Assembly: GCA_023434025.1 (NCBI GenBank)
Contig: JAEYTL010000045.1
Coordinates: 1,892 to 65,891, forward strand
Direction of reading: 5' to 3'
Source of the DNA: Bacteroidota bacterium
GTDB lineage: Bacteria > Bacteroidota > Bacteroidia > Flavobacteriales > Flavobacteriaceae
DNA: 64,000 bases
Numbering within the stretch: position 1 is the stretch's first letter; each line of letters starts with the position of its first letter. The notes under the pieces were generated by a model. The model was given only the letters and a program-made list of their open reading frames with translations. It made no database searches and was not told the DNA's origin. The position numbers were made by a program, and so were the translations under genes. Of this stretch, positions 41,601 through 49,012 are shown piece by piece.

Positions 41601-42618
41601 CAATGTCCGAATGGCTGTTACCAAAACCAACCGCTTAAAATACGGTAATTTTATTGAATCTGAGAACGAGATTCAAACTAACAGAGACAGGACAGCCTCT
41701 TTAACAACTCGGCATTCGTATAATTTTTATGATAAGAAAAAGAACCTGCACCGTTTTGCGGCCACCTACTCAGAATTTTTCCCGCTCATCCGGTCAACGG
41801 TTGATACCATCGTGATTGACCTGCGTATGCAAAACAGGGAGGAGAATGAAGCATTAATCATCTCGGATGACAATAAATTCACAAGAGTATATGGGGTTGA
41901 ATACCAATATAAAAACCCGTTTTCATTTGAAAAGTTTCAGTATTGGTCAAGAATCAGGTTTGAAATGGACAATTATCAGCAGGCTTATTTTCAATTTGGA
42001 GCCGGTGTAAACAAAACATTCAGAAAAAATTTCAGTTCCGCTCAGGTAAATGTATTTCCGGTGCAAACAGCACCCGGTCATGCCAAAGAAATTTACCACG
42101 TTCAATCTGTTTTGTACCAGAGTGTTTATTGGATGAAAAAAATCAATATTACTTTGGGGATTGAATCTAATTATTACACGAAAAGCAAGTATAATACCGA
42201 TTTTATTACGGATAATAACATTGATATTTCTGCTACTTTACGGGTTGGCTGGGATGATGGCGAAGAGAAGAAATCCAGGTTCATACCGTTTCTGGAATCG
42301 TCTGTTCAGACAGGTTCTGCCGACTTGAGTGACGGTTACCCGTATTGGATGCTGGATAAACGTTTATTTGGCGGGGGCGGACTAAGCTATAGCTACGGTC
42401 TGGAAGCCAATGATTTTAAAGCAAAATTAGAAGCAGCCTATTTTTTTGATGATTATGCCGATCAGTTTCAGCGTTTTTCCGGTACCGTTTCTTACCGGTT
42501 GTTCAATTATACTGCTTTAGTTGCTGCATTTGAAATTTTCAATCAGGATAAATTCTACTCAAACACAGTTCAGTTCGGGTTAAAGCACAGTTTTAAAGAA
42601 AAAAACAGAGTTAAATAA
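38695..42618 (+). CDS. 1307-aa lipoprotein fusing a DUF2194/CE4-CE18-like polysaccharide deacetylase region, TPR-like repeats and a C-terminal beta-barrel-like region
   Basis: Lipobox IFSSC. Deacetylase-like metal triad candidates FLDDFPSP and GHELGFHGYNH. Middle helical repeats (for example EYNSYIEKNPDDYKTKALMANYYHDMGKFKEAW). The last approximately 330 aa have alternating hydrophobic and aromatic beta-strand patterns (VSYRLFNYTALVAAFEIF, TVQFGLKHSF). Confidence 0.72.
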   Translation: MKTRATLNRLAICSLMAFVLIFSSCADFDAIINPDNIDLFSKDQAGKNALLKHYSDTDLNLPPLVEYIVDFENPMSVKYSNHLKKVCNYTKIPFKNINIKAWNANLEIAPSTRVLCVLETKKLNDASVAKLLKFVSDGGTLYLPYACEDKRFGFMIGMKTNSDYVTDVTSVGIRFKENFIPTLAGTSTRKSIIHFGMSGENFDMTKIKVYATSINNTSYPSILECRTGKGRVINLNSTFELEKMDRGILFSGMMMGLEGIPYPIANTSTVFLDDFPSPLYDTKMEPIKSEMNLSISDFVKNVWWPDMKDLAKKYQISYTAVPAFDYNAKTDPPFLFSQWDAKKISSGGKVEPISSWLMRDCIKNGHELGFHGYNHVSLVKRDWKKPEFIVTALEGVQKKWKVSNFGNLPVSYVPPSNYIDQMGLKRLKEGLPSISFMCSLYLGETYDGGNREFDFDPYHHGMFDYPRISSGFEIDDDSKYNIQSMYLYTGIWNHFVHPDDVYQIPSPFNKSAGDFDLRNAKGLGWRKTKGKSGGLLAELDKYFKEFTTAFPQSRFLNAGEGGFIALDWRASKFNHKTNDGKYIVEELNPDNSMSNSQYWFLYGSAENAENIEYQLKSIAVIYSKTSYLNGFLYSVYTNEPVIKIKDYREYRNKELDFIFSKVQNDYYTYLVKVKEFEQGEESSENYEEQIRLEKAALKQRMLSEAVIDYPTWNKYAEYMSWESKENEVWTMLEKHCAKYPTKHNVMYAQELDKIIGYPNDLAMEKWMSAQLLVNPRDKDLLNSYVANFNTPENNEKIKQALIALLGVDTGKQSMFNYLQHLLWYEPQNALTELEKIEPSDDYRELATNITWLYANEKNYQKAYDWSFYSNEIDIASKMEWLFQLKQYDNLIGEYNSYIEKNPDDYKTKALMANYYHDMGKFKEAWILAGELPESKEKESLRKALNADVIYQDDFLQQDLLANYPELFLDNVRMAVTKTNRLKYGNFIESENEIQTNRDRTASLTTRHSYNFYDKKKNLHRFAATYSEFFPLIRSTVDTIVIDLRMQNREENEALIISDDNKFTRVYGVEYQYKNPFSFEKFQYWSRIRFEMDNYQQAYFQFGAGVNKTFRKNFSSAQVNVFPVQTAPGHAKEIYHVQSVLYQSVYWMKKINITLGIESNYYTKSKYNTDFITDNNIDISATLRVGWDDGEEKKSRFIPFLESSVQTGSADLSDGYPYWMLDKRLFGGGGLSYSYGLEANDFKAKLEAAYFFDDYADQFQRFSGTVSYRLFNYTALVAAFEIFNQDKFYSNTVQFGLKHSFKEKNRVK

Positions 42619-42619
42619 A

Positions 42620-42656
42620 AAATGATGAAGTACTCATGATATGTACTTCATCATTT
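42620..42656. terminator. bidirectional rho-independent terminator
   Basis: AAATGATGAAGTAC-TCATGATAT-GTACTTCATCATTT followed by ATTTTTTTT. It lies between convergent genes that end at 42618 and 42680. Confidence 0.75.
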
Positions 42657-42679
42657 ATTTTTTTAGATGATGCTTAAGA

Positions 42680-44326
42680 TTAATGTTTTACAATAAATCT
42701 TCTGGAATCATGTATTTGCCCGTTATCAAACTGAATAAAATAAACACCGTTTGTCAGGGCCTGTGTATCAAAAATTACTTTATTGCCGTTTTGGTTCATA
42801 CTTAGTTTGATCTGCTGACCCAATGAGTTGTAAACGGCAAAGTTGTATGCAGAGGCATCATCCATTTCAACCATCAGTTCATGATCTGCCGGAACCGGAT
42901 GAAGCACAACTTTTAACCGGTTGGCATCTGCTATACCGAGTGTTTCGCTGATAATCAGTTTATGGTTCAGGCGGTTGTATCCTGTTGAAGATTCCCACAC
43001 GTTGTTATTGGCAAAACGAATAGCATATTCCGGTTTGTTGGCCAGCGATTCATAGATATCCGGTAAATGCAGATACATGTCATACGTTCCGGGAATGATT
43101 CCTTCCGGCAGGCTGAGGTTTTCGGTAACCGTAAATTCATCCTGCCAATTTCTAGGGTCAGATTCCATCATTATCGAGAATACTTGGTTTGTGGCCGTAT
43201 TTTTTAAAACGATATAGGCATTTCGTTCGTTAAACGGAGCGGCATAACCGACATTGTTTATATTTAACGTTACGGATAATTGACTGTTCAGGGGAATACT
43301 TTGCGGAAGAACGGCACTGGTAAGCTGAAAACGGTAACCTAAATTCTTCTGAATTTCCTGATAGCAATCGCCGGTCTGCCAACCGTTAATAACACTCGGA
43401 TGATAATCTAAATTAAGATAGGACCAATGAAATTTAGCCATTTCAAATTGAGCTGTTGCACAGTTTGTTCTCGATTCAAAAACCGCACAGGTCTCGCCAC
43501 CCATAGGTACATAGCGGGTTTCCTGATCAAGGTAAGGATATTCGGTGTTTACGTTGGTGTAGGTACCCACATCGGTATTGCTCGATAAAAAGCAATCGTT
43601 ATGGTGGCCAATTCTGGCCAGGCTGGTGTTGGTATACGCCTGACTTGGCGGCAGAGGAGCGGCAGTATTATACATTTGCTGCTTCATTTTCGGATAACGT
43701 ATCTGCAGAGATCTTGAACTCGGCAATGCGTTCAGAATAGCATCTGTAATATCTTTCCGATGGGCATAATTTGCAGAAGTCAGGTTGGTCTGGTTGTAGC
43801 CCCAGCCTCCAAATTCCGACTGGCCGGTGTAATACCATTCTCCCCAAGCTCCTATAAAGCCGGCCTGCATTACGGCAATAACATCCGCATTGGCAATTAA
43901 CAAAGGTTTGATCTGATTAATGTGTTCAAGCATTCTTGTTTTGGTTGCATCTAAAACAACCCCGCTTCCATAGTCATCAGAATAAGCAAACCGGATAACA
44001 GCTTTTAAACCGGCATTACGGATCCTGTTAAAATCAGTCTGCATATTATTCAGATAAGATTGCGAAATGGAAGTATTAATAAAATCTTTTAAATAAAAAT
44101 ACCTGAAAATCAATGTAATGTTCTGATTGACACGGTAGTTTGTTAATGATGACTGGTTTAAAAGATTGTAACTACTCGAAGAGGATGATTCGGTATCACT
44201 GTACTTATAAAATCCGCGTTCAGGATTTGGAAAGTTAGCACTCGATGCGGTGTAAGTCACTGTAGTCGTCTGTGCACCCCCGTATAGAAACAGAAGAGCA
44301 CCCAAAAAGGTAAATACTTTTCTCAT
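42680..44326 (-). CDS. T9SS-secreted DUF4874/DUF4832-like putative glycoside hydrolase
   Basis: 548 aa with a signal peptide. TIM-barrel-like core with GFIGAWGEWYYTG and HHNDCF. The C-terminal approximately 80 aa resemble a T9SS sorting domain (HPVPADHELMVEM ... NGVYFIQFDNG ... RRFIVKH). Confidence 0.72.
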   Translation of the reverse strand: MRKVFTFLGALLFLYGGAQTTTVTYTASSANFPNPERGFYKYSDTESSSSSSYNLLNQSSLTNYRVNQNITLIFRYFYLKDFINTSISQSYLNNMQTDFNRIRNAGLKAVIRFAYSDDYGSGVVLDATKTRMLEHINQIKPLLIANADVIAVMQAGFIGAWGEWYYTGQSEFGGWGYNQTNLTSANYAHRKDITDAILNALPSSRSLQIRYPKMKQQMYNTAAPLPPSQAYTNTSLARIGHHNDCFLSSNTDVGTYTNVNTEYPYLDQETRYVPMGGETCAVFESRTNCATAQFEMAKFHWSYLNLDYHPSVINGWQTGDCYQEIQKNLGYRFQLTSAVLPQSIPLNSQLSVTLNINNVGYAAPFNERNAYIVLKNTATNQVFSIMMESDPRNWQDEFTVTENLSLPEGIIPGTYDMYLHLPDIYESLANKPEYAIRFANNNVWESSTGYNRLNHKLIISETLGIADANRLKVVLHPVPADHELMVEMDDASAYNFAVYNSLGQQIKLSMNQNGNKVIFDTQALTNGVYFIQFDNGQIHDSRRFIVKH

Positions 44327-44431
44327 AGTAGTAGGTTAGTTTTTGCTAAATTTGGGTTTAGCGGATTAAACGTTTTAGTTTTATTAGCCTAATACAATGT
44401 TGTGGCTCATTGTATTACGATGTCAAATATA

Positions 44432-44497
44432 GATGAAATGTGTTTTTTTATCGATGAAATGCGTTAAAAAAATACATAAATAATCGATAAAATGCAT
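44432..44497. promoter_or_regulatory. three phased direct copies of the GATGAAATG half-site (candidate operator array)
   Basis: GATGAAATG at 44432-44440, ATCGATGAAATGC at 44450-44462, ATCGATAAAATGCAT at 44483-44497. Spacing is 21 and 33 nt. The array lies 106-171 nt upstream of the start at 44326 (minus strand). Confidence 0.45.
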
Positions 44498-44809
44498 ATT
44501 TTGGATTTTATTGTAAGAATTAAACTATTATTTAACATAAATTTATGTAGGTTTTGATTCACTTTTTTTACAGATTTGTGTGAATTATTAATCTCTAATT
44601 TTCAGTTAGTTAAGAAAATATTTACGAAATTATTTTTTTATCTGTGCTGATTGTTCCCTTGACTCAAAGTTTCTTTAAACGGATGAATTTTATTTTTAAA
44701 GATTTATTTTATATAATGTGCGGCATCGGAACGGATTACAAAAATCAGGAGTAGCATTGCTTGTGATGATCTCACTTTTTTTGAATACCTTTATTACAAA
44801 TAGTTAAGT

Positions 44810-45274
44810 ATGCAAAATAAAATGATTTTTCAGTTTATCTCTGAACCGGGAGATGTTAATTATGGAGGAAACGTTCACGGAGGGAGCGTGATGAAGTGGA
44901 TTGATCAGGCGGGTTATGCGTGTGCCAGTGCCTATAGTTCCTGTTATTGTGTCACTGTTTATGTAGGAGGAATTCGTTTTTACTCTCCTATAAAAATCGG
45001 ACATCTTATCAAAGTAGAAGCCGAAGTTATTTATACAGGCAAAACGAGTATGCATATTGCGATCAATGTTTATTCCCGTAACATTAAACGAAACGATTTT
45101 GAGAAGAAAACACATTGTGTTATTGTGTTTGTTGCTGTAGATGACGAAGGACAGCCTGTTGTTGTACCCAAATTTGAACCTCAAACCGAACAGGCCAAAA
45201 AAATGGAACAATATGCCATAAAACTAATGGATTTGAGACGGAATATTGAAGACGAAATGAAACCGTTTTTTTAG
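44810..45274 (+). CDS. hotdog-fold acyl-CoA thioesterase
   Basis: 154 aa. NYGGNVHGGSVMKWIDQAGYACA is the conserved 4HBT-type motif. Confidence 0.85.
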   Translation: MQNKMIFQFISEPGDVNYGGNVHGGSVMKWIDQAGYACASAYSSCYCVTVYVGGIRFYSPIKIGHLIKVEAEVIYTGKTSMHIAINVYSRNIKRNDFEKKTHCVIVFVAVDDEGQPVVVPKFEPQTEQAKKMEQYAIKLMDLRRNIEDEMKPFF

Positions 45275-45307
45275 GATTTTATCAGTACATGATTCTTATT
45301 ATTTGGT

Positions 45308-45415
45308 TAGCCACAGATGCACAGATAATTAAAAAATAAGTTTAAACCACTTTATGGAATCTGCAAAATATATTTTAACAGATAAAAGCATAAAAAGTCT
45401 GTGTATCTGTGGCTA
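45308..45415. repeat. 18-bp inverted repeat (17/18 match) separated by 72 nt
   Basis: TAGCCACAGATGCACAGA (45308-45325) and TCTGTGTATCTGTGGCTA (45398-45415). The single mismatch would be a G:U pair in RNA. Confidence 0.6.
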
Positions 45416-45519
45416 AAATAATTATCCGAAGCACAGCATTTTTTAAAATGTCGCAGAGCAATTTTTTTTATCAGGGGATCATAACCATCAGGTGTGTAAC
45501 CTATTTGAATTTTCAATAC

Positions 45520-45945
45520 ATGAAGAAAAACATTGAACAAAAATTAATAGATAAACATACTAAACCAACCAGTATGCGGATTCTGGTTTATGATTACCTG
45601 AACTCTCAAAAGGTAGCTTTATCTTTATCTGAAATCGAAAATCATTTTGAATATGCAGATCGAATAACAATTTATCGAACCCTTAAAACATTCGAAGAAA
45701 AAGGAATTGTTCATAGCATTCAGGAAAATAATACCTCAAAATATATTTTGTGTCACGACGGATGTGATGAAAAAACACATAAAGACTGGCATTTACATTT
45801 TTATTGTAAAATCTGTAAACAAACCACTTGTAAAGAAGATATTTCGCTGCCTGACCATTTGAAAGCTAATTTCAGAATTGATGAAGTCCGGCTTTTTGCA
45901 AAAGGAATTTGTGAGAATTGTTTAAAGGAAGAAGAATTGCAATAG
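45520..45945 (+). CDS. Fur family metal-responsive transcriptional regulator (Zur/Fur-like)
   Basis: I moved the start to the ATG at 45520 (MKKNIEQ). Winged helix KPTSMRILVYDYL ... ITIYRTLKTFEEKGIVHSI. Structural zinc cysteines CKICK and CENC. Confidence 0.85.
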   Translation: MKKNIEQKLIDKHTKPTSMRILVYDYLNSQKVALSLSEIENHFEYADRITIYRTLKTFEEKGIVHSIQENNTSKYILCHDGCDEKTHKDWHLHFYCKICKQTTCKEDISLPDHLKANFRIDEVRLFAKGICENCLKEEELQ

Positions 45946-45965
45946 TGTTGCACCTTTTTTGACTG

Positions 45966-45973
45966 TAATTTTG
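45966..45973 (+). promoter_or_regulatory. candidate -7 promoter box (TAATTTTG)
   Basis: Matches TAnnTTTG, 21 nt upstream of the ATPase ATG at 45994. Confidence 0.35.
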
Positions 45974-45993
45974 CCTCAAATAAATTCAAAGTT

Positions 45994-48033
45994 ATGACAC
46001 ATCAACATACATATGACAAAGACGGGAAACAGCTTTGCTGTACTCAGGAGGAAAAAATCTATACCCGGGCAGGAGCCGAAAATCTTTTGAAAGGAAATCA
46101 TGAGCACGATGGACACGATCATTCGCACAGTAATGATGACGGACATGATCACGATCATTCCGGCTTTGAAGGAAATGCTTTCAAATTGTTTTTACCTTCG
46201 GTTATTTCACTTGTTTTATTGTTGCTGGGAATTGCTTTTGACAACTGGATTCCTCAGGAATGGTTCTCAGGTTGGATACGAATTGTCTGGTATGTTTTAG
46301 CTTATATTCCGGTTGGAATTCCCGTTCTGAAAGAAGCTCTTGAAAGCATCCGAAAAGGAGATGTTTTCTCGGAATTTTTCCTGATGGGAATAGCAACCAT
46401 CGGAGCTTTTGCTATCGGAGAATATCCCGAAGCTGTTGCGGTAATGTTGTTTTATGCAGTAGGAGAGGTGTTCCAAACGTTGGCTGTTTCAAGGGCTAAA
46501 TCAAATATTAAATCATTACTTGACCAAAGGCCGGATGAAGTAATAATTTTAGAAAATGATAATCCAAAAACAGTAAAAGCTGAATCGGTAAATATCGGAG
46601 ATATCATTCAACTCAAACCGGGAGAAAAACTGGGATTAGACGGAGAACTATTATCCGAAAACGCATCGTTCAATACTTCAGCACTTACAGGAGAAAGCAA
46701 GCCTGATACCAAACAAAAAGGAGAAACGGTTTTAGCAGGAATGATAAACCTGAATACCGTAAGTCAGGTAAAAGTAACAACAGCTTATCAGGATAGTAAA
46801 TTGAGTAAAATTTTGGAATTGGTTCAGAATGCGACTTCTCAAAAAGCACCAACCGAATTATTCATCCGAAAATTTGCCCGAATTTACACTCCGATTGTAG
46901 TGATTTTAGCCGTTGGAATCTGTTTGTTACCTTATTTTTTTGTAGCAGAATATTCGTTTACTACTTGGTTGTACAGAGCACTTATTTTCTTGGTAATTTC
47001 GTGTCCTTGTGCTTTGGTAATTTCGATTCCATTAGGATATTTCGGAGGAATTGGAGCTGCTTCACGAAACGGAATTCTATTCAAAGGAAGTAACTTTTTA
47101 GATGTTTTAGCTAATATCCAAAATGTGGTAATGGATAAAACAGGAACAATGACCGAGGGTGTTTTTCAGGTTCAGGAAGTGAATTTCGGTTCGGAATTCG
47201 ATAAAGATGAAATCCTGAAAATGGTGAATAGTTTAGAAAGTCATAGTACGCATCCTGTAGCTACTGCAATCCATCATTTTGTTGGAGAAATCAACCATTC
47301 TGTCGAACTTAAAAATACCGAAGAAATTGCAGGACACGGACTTAAATCGACCATAAACGGAAAAAATTTATTAGTAGGAAATTTCAAATTAATAGATAAA
47401 TTCGGAATTAAATATGATCTGGATCCGAATGATATTGTGTACACAATCATTGCAGTTGCTTATGACAACAAGTTTGTGGGATACATAACTATTGCAGACA
47501 ACATCAAAGAAGATTCGCAACGTACCATTGATAAACTGAAATCTTTGAATGTAAAGCCAACCATGTTAAGCGGAGATAAAAGTACGGTTGTCAAACACAT
47601 AGCAGAAATATTGGAAATTCCGACTGCTTTTGGAGATTTGCTTCCGGAAGATAAAGTCAATAAGGTAAAAGAAATCAAAGCCAAAGGAGAAAGCGTAGCT
47701 TTTGTGGGAGATGGAGTGAATGATGCACCGGTTGTAGCATTAAGTGATGTCGGGATTGCCATGGGAGGATTAGGAAGCGATGCAACTATTGAAACAGCAG
47801 ATGTGGTGATTCAGGATGACAAACCAAGTAAAATACCGATGGCTATCCATATTGGAAAACAAACTAAAAAGATTGTCTGGCAAAATATTGGACTGGCTTT
47901 TGGAGTAAAAGCCATTGTTTTAGTTCTAGGAGCCGGAGGATTAGCTACCATGTGGGAAGCTGTTTTTGCAGATGTCGGAGTGGCACTTTTAGCCATTATG
48001 AATGCGGTCAGAATTCAGCGAATGAAGTTTTAA
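45994..48033 (+). CDS. P1B-type heavy-metal-translocating ATPase (Zn/Cd/Co-type) with a His-rich N-terminus
   Basis: CPC in a TM helix (VISCPCALVIS), DKTGTMTEG, SHSTHP, GDGVNDAP. The N-terminus HEHDGHDHSHSNDDGHDHDH plus a CC pair replaces a classical CxxC HMA domain. Confidence 0.92.
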   Translation: MTHQHTYDKDGKQLCCTQEEKIYTRAGAENLLKGNHEHDGHDHSHSNDDGHDHDHSGFEGNAFKLFLPSVISLVLLLLGIAFDNWIPQEWFSGWIRIVWYVLAYIPVGIPVLKEALESIRKGDVFSEFFLMGIATIGAFAIGEYPEAVAVMLFYAVGEVFQTLAVSRAKSNIKSLLDQRPDEVIILENDNPKTVKAESVNIGDIIQLKPGEKLGLDGELLSENASFNTSALTGESKPDTKQKGETVLAGMINLNTVSQVKVTTAYQDSKLSKILELVQNATSQKAPTELFIRKFARIYTPIVVILAVGICLLPYFFVAEYSFTTWLYRALIFLVISCPCALVISIPLGYFGGIGAASRNGILFKGSNFLDVLANIQNVVMDKTGTMTEGVFQVQEVNFGSEFDKDEILKMVNSLESHSTHPVATAIHHFVGEINHSVELKNTEEIAGHGLKSTINGKNLLVGNFKLIDKFGIKYDLDPNDIVYTIIAVAYDNKFVGYITIADNIKEDSQRTIDKLKSLNVKPTMLSGDKSTVVKHIAEILEIPTAFGDLLPEDKVNKVKEIKAKGESVAFVGDGVNDAPVVALSDVGIAMGGLGSDATIETADVVIQDDKPSKIPMAIHIGKQTKKIVWQNIGLAFGVKAIVLVLGAGGLATMWEAVFADVGVALLAIMNAVRIQRMKF

Positions 48034-48081
48034 TTATAATTTCCCGTTTTAAAGTATAAGGTTATTATACTAACTTTAAAA

Positions 48082-48130
48082 TTTTCTTTATCAGGCTTTT
48101 ATTTATAGCATAATAACCTGATAAAGAAAA
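48082..48130. terminator. 14-bp perfect hairpin after the ATPase gene
   Basis: TTTTCTTTATCAGG (48082-48095), 21-nt loop, CCTGATAAAGAAAA (48117-48130). AT-rich stem and large loop. Confidence 0.45.
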
Positions 48131-48315
48131 TATATTGAGAATGATTTTTCTATAAGTTTTTAATTTTTCATTGATAGACCCGTCATACAACAGATCTATT
48201 GTAATGATCATAAAATGATATTTTTAAAGAAATGTAAACAATTCATTTTCAAATAAATGAAATGTATTTTTTGAATTATAATTTATATTATGTAAAATAG
48301 AAAAAATAAAAAGAC

Positions 48316-48927
48316 CTAAATCCTTCTATTGTTTATGAATATAAATAATAGTGACACCAGAACAAAAGCTGCTGTAACGCCTAAACTATTTATAAATACA
48401 TTTAAATAACCGATTTGATTTGCATCTAAAAAAGGATACGGATAATGATCTGAAAAACGCCCGATCAATAAAACGGAAACCAGATAAACGAACGGAAAAA
48501 TTAAAATTTTAAAAGTAAACCGGTATGCTAAAGACATTTTTATTTGAATCATATACCAGTACAATACAAAAATGAACGGATTTACCACGTGCAATAATTC
48601 ATCTATAAGGCGTTGCAAACCAGTTGGCTCCCAAATAAAACGCAAAACAGAATTATAAACAATGGCAACAATACTGATATAAACCGCAATAGCGGTCTGG
48701 ACTTTAAAAGAACTGAAAAAAGGAGAAAAATTAAATAAAGATGCGGTAAACGATAAAGCGGTTAACCCATTAGACAAAATCGTGAAATAAGTAAAAAAAC
48801 GAATAATTGAGTCAGTTACACCCGTTACCCCGCTTTGCATCATAATGATAAACTGTACTGTCAAAGCAAACCAGGTCAAGGCAAAGCCTGCCGCTAAAAC
48901 TAATTTTTTATAATCCATTTGGCTCAA
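48316..48927 (-). CDS. polytopic membrane protein (Pr6Pr/FAR-17a-like, tentative)
   Basis: 203 aa with 6 hydrophobic helices. The family guess rests on size and topology. Confidence 0.6.
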   Translation of the reverse strand: MSQMDYKKLVLAAGFALTWFALTVQFIIMMQSGVTGVTDSIIRFFTYFTILSNGLTALSFTASLFNFSPFFSSFKVQTAIAVYISIVAIVYNSVLRFIWEPTGLQRLIDELLHVVNPFIFVLYWYMIQIKMSLAYRFTFKILIFPFVYLVSVLLIGRFSDHYPYPFLDANQIGYLNVFINSLGVTAAFVLVSLLFIFINNRRI

Positions 48928-49012
48928 TTTTCTATAAAGTTAACAATTCTGAAGATAAATTTTAAATCAACTCTCAGAATTTATGTAACTTTAGCTTTTA
49001 ATTTATAAGGCC

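Noticed and set aside
44438-44467. 9-codon plus-strand mini-ORF ATGTGTTTTTTTATCGATGAAATGCGTTAA overlapping the motif array
   Set aside because: It is on the wrong strand relative to the downstream gene at 42680-44326 (-), far from the next + strand gene, and has no support as a leader peptide.
44804-45211. 135-aa minus-strand ORF
   Set aside because: It is a mirror image of the hotdog thioesterase gene on the plus strand, which carries the conserved active-site motif.
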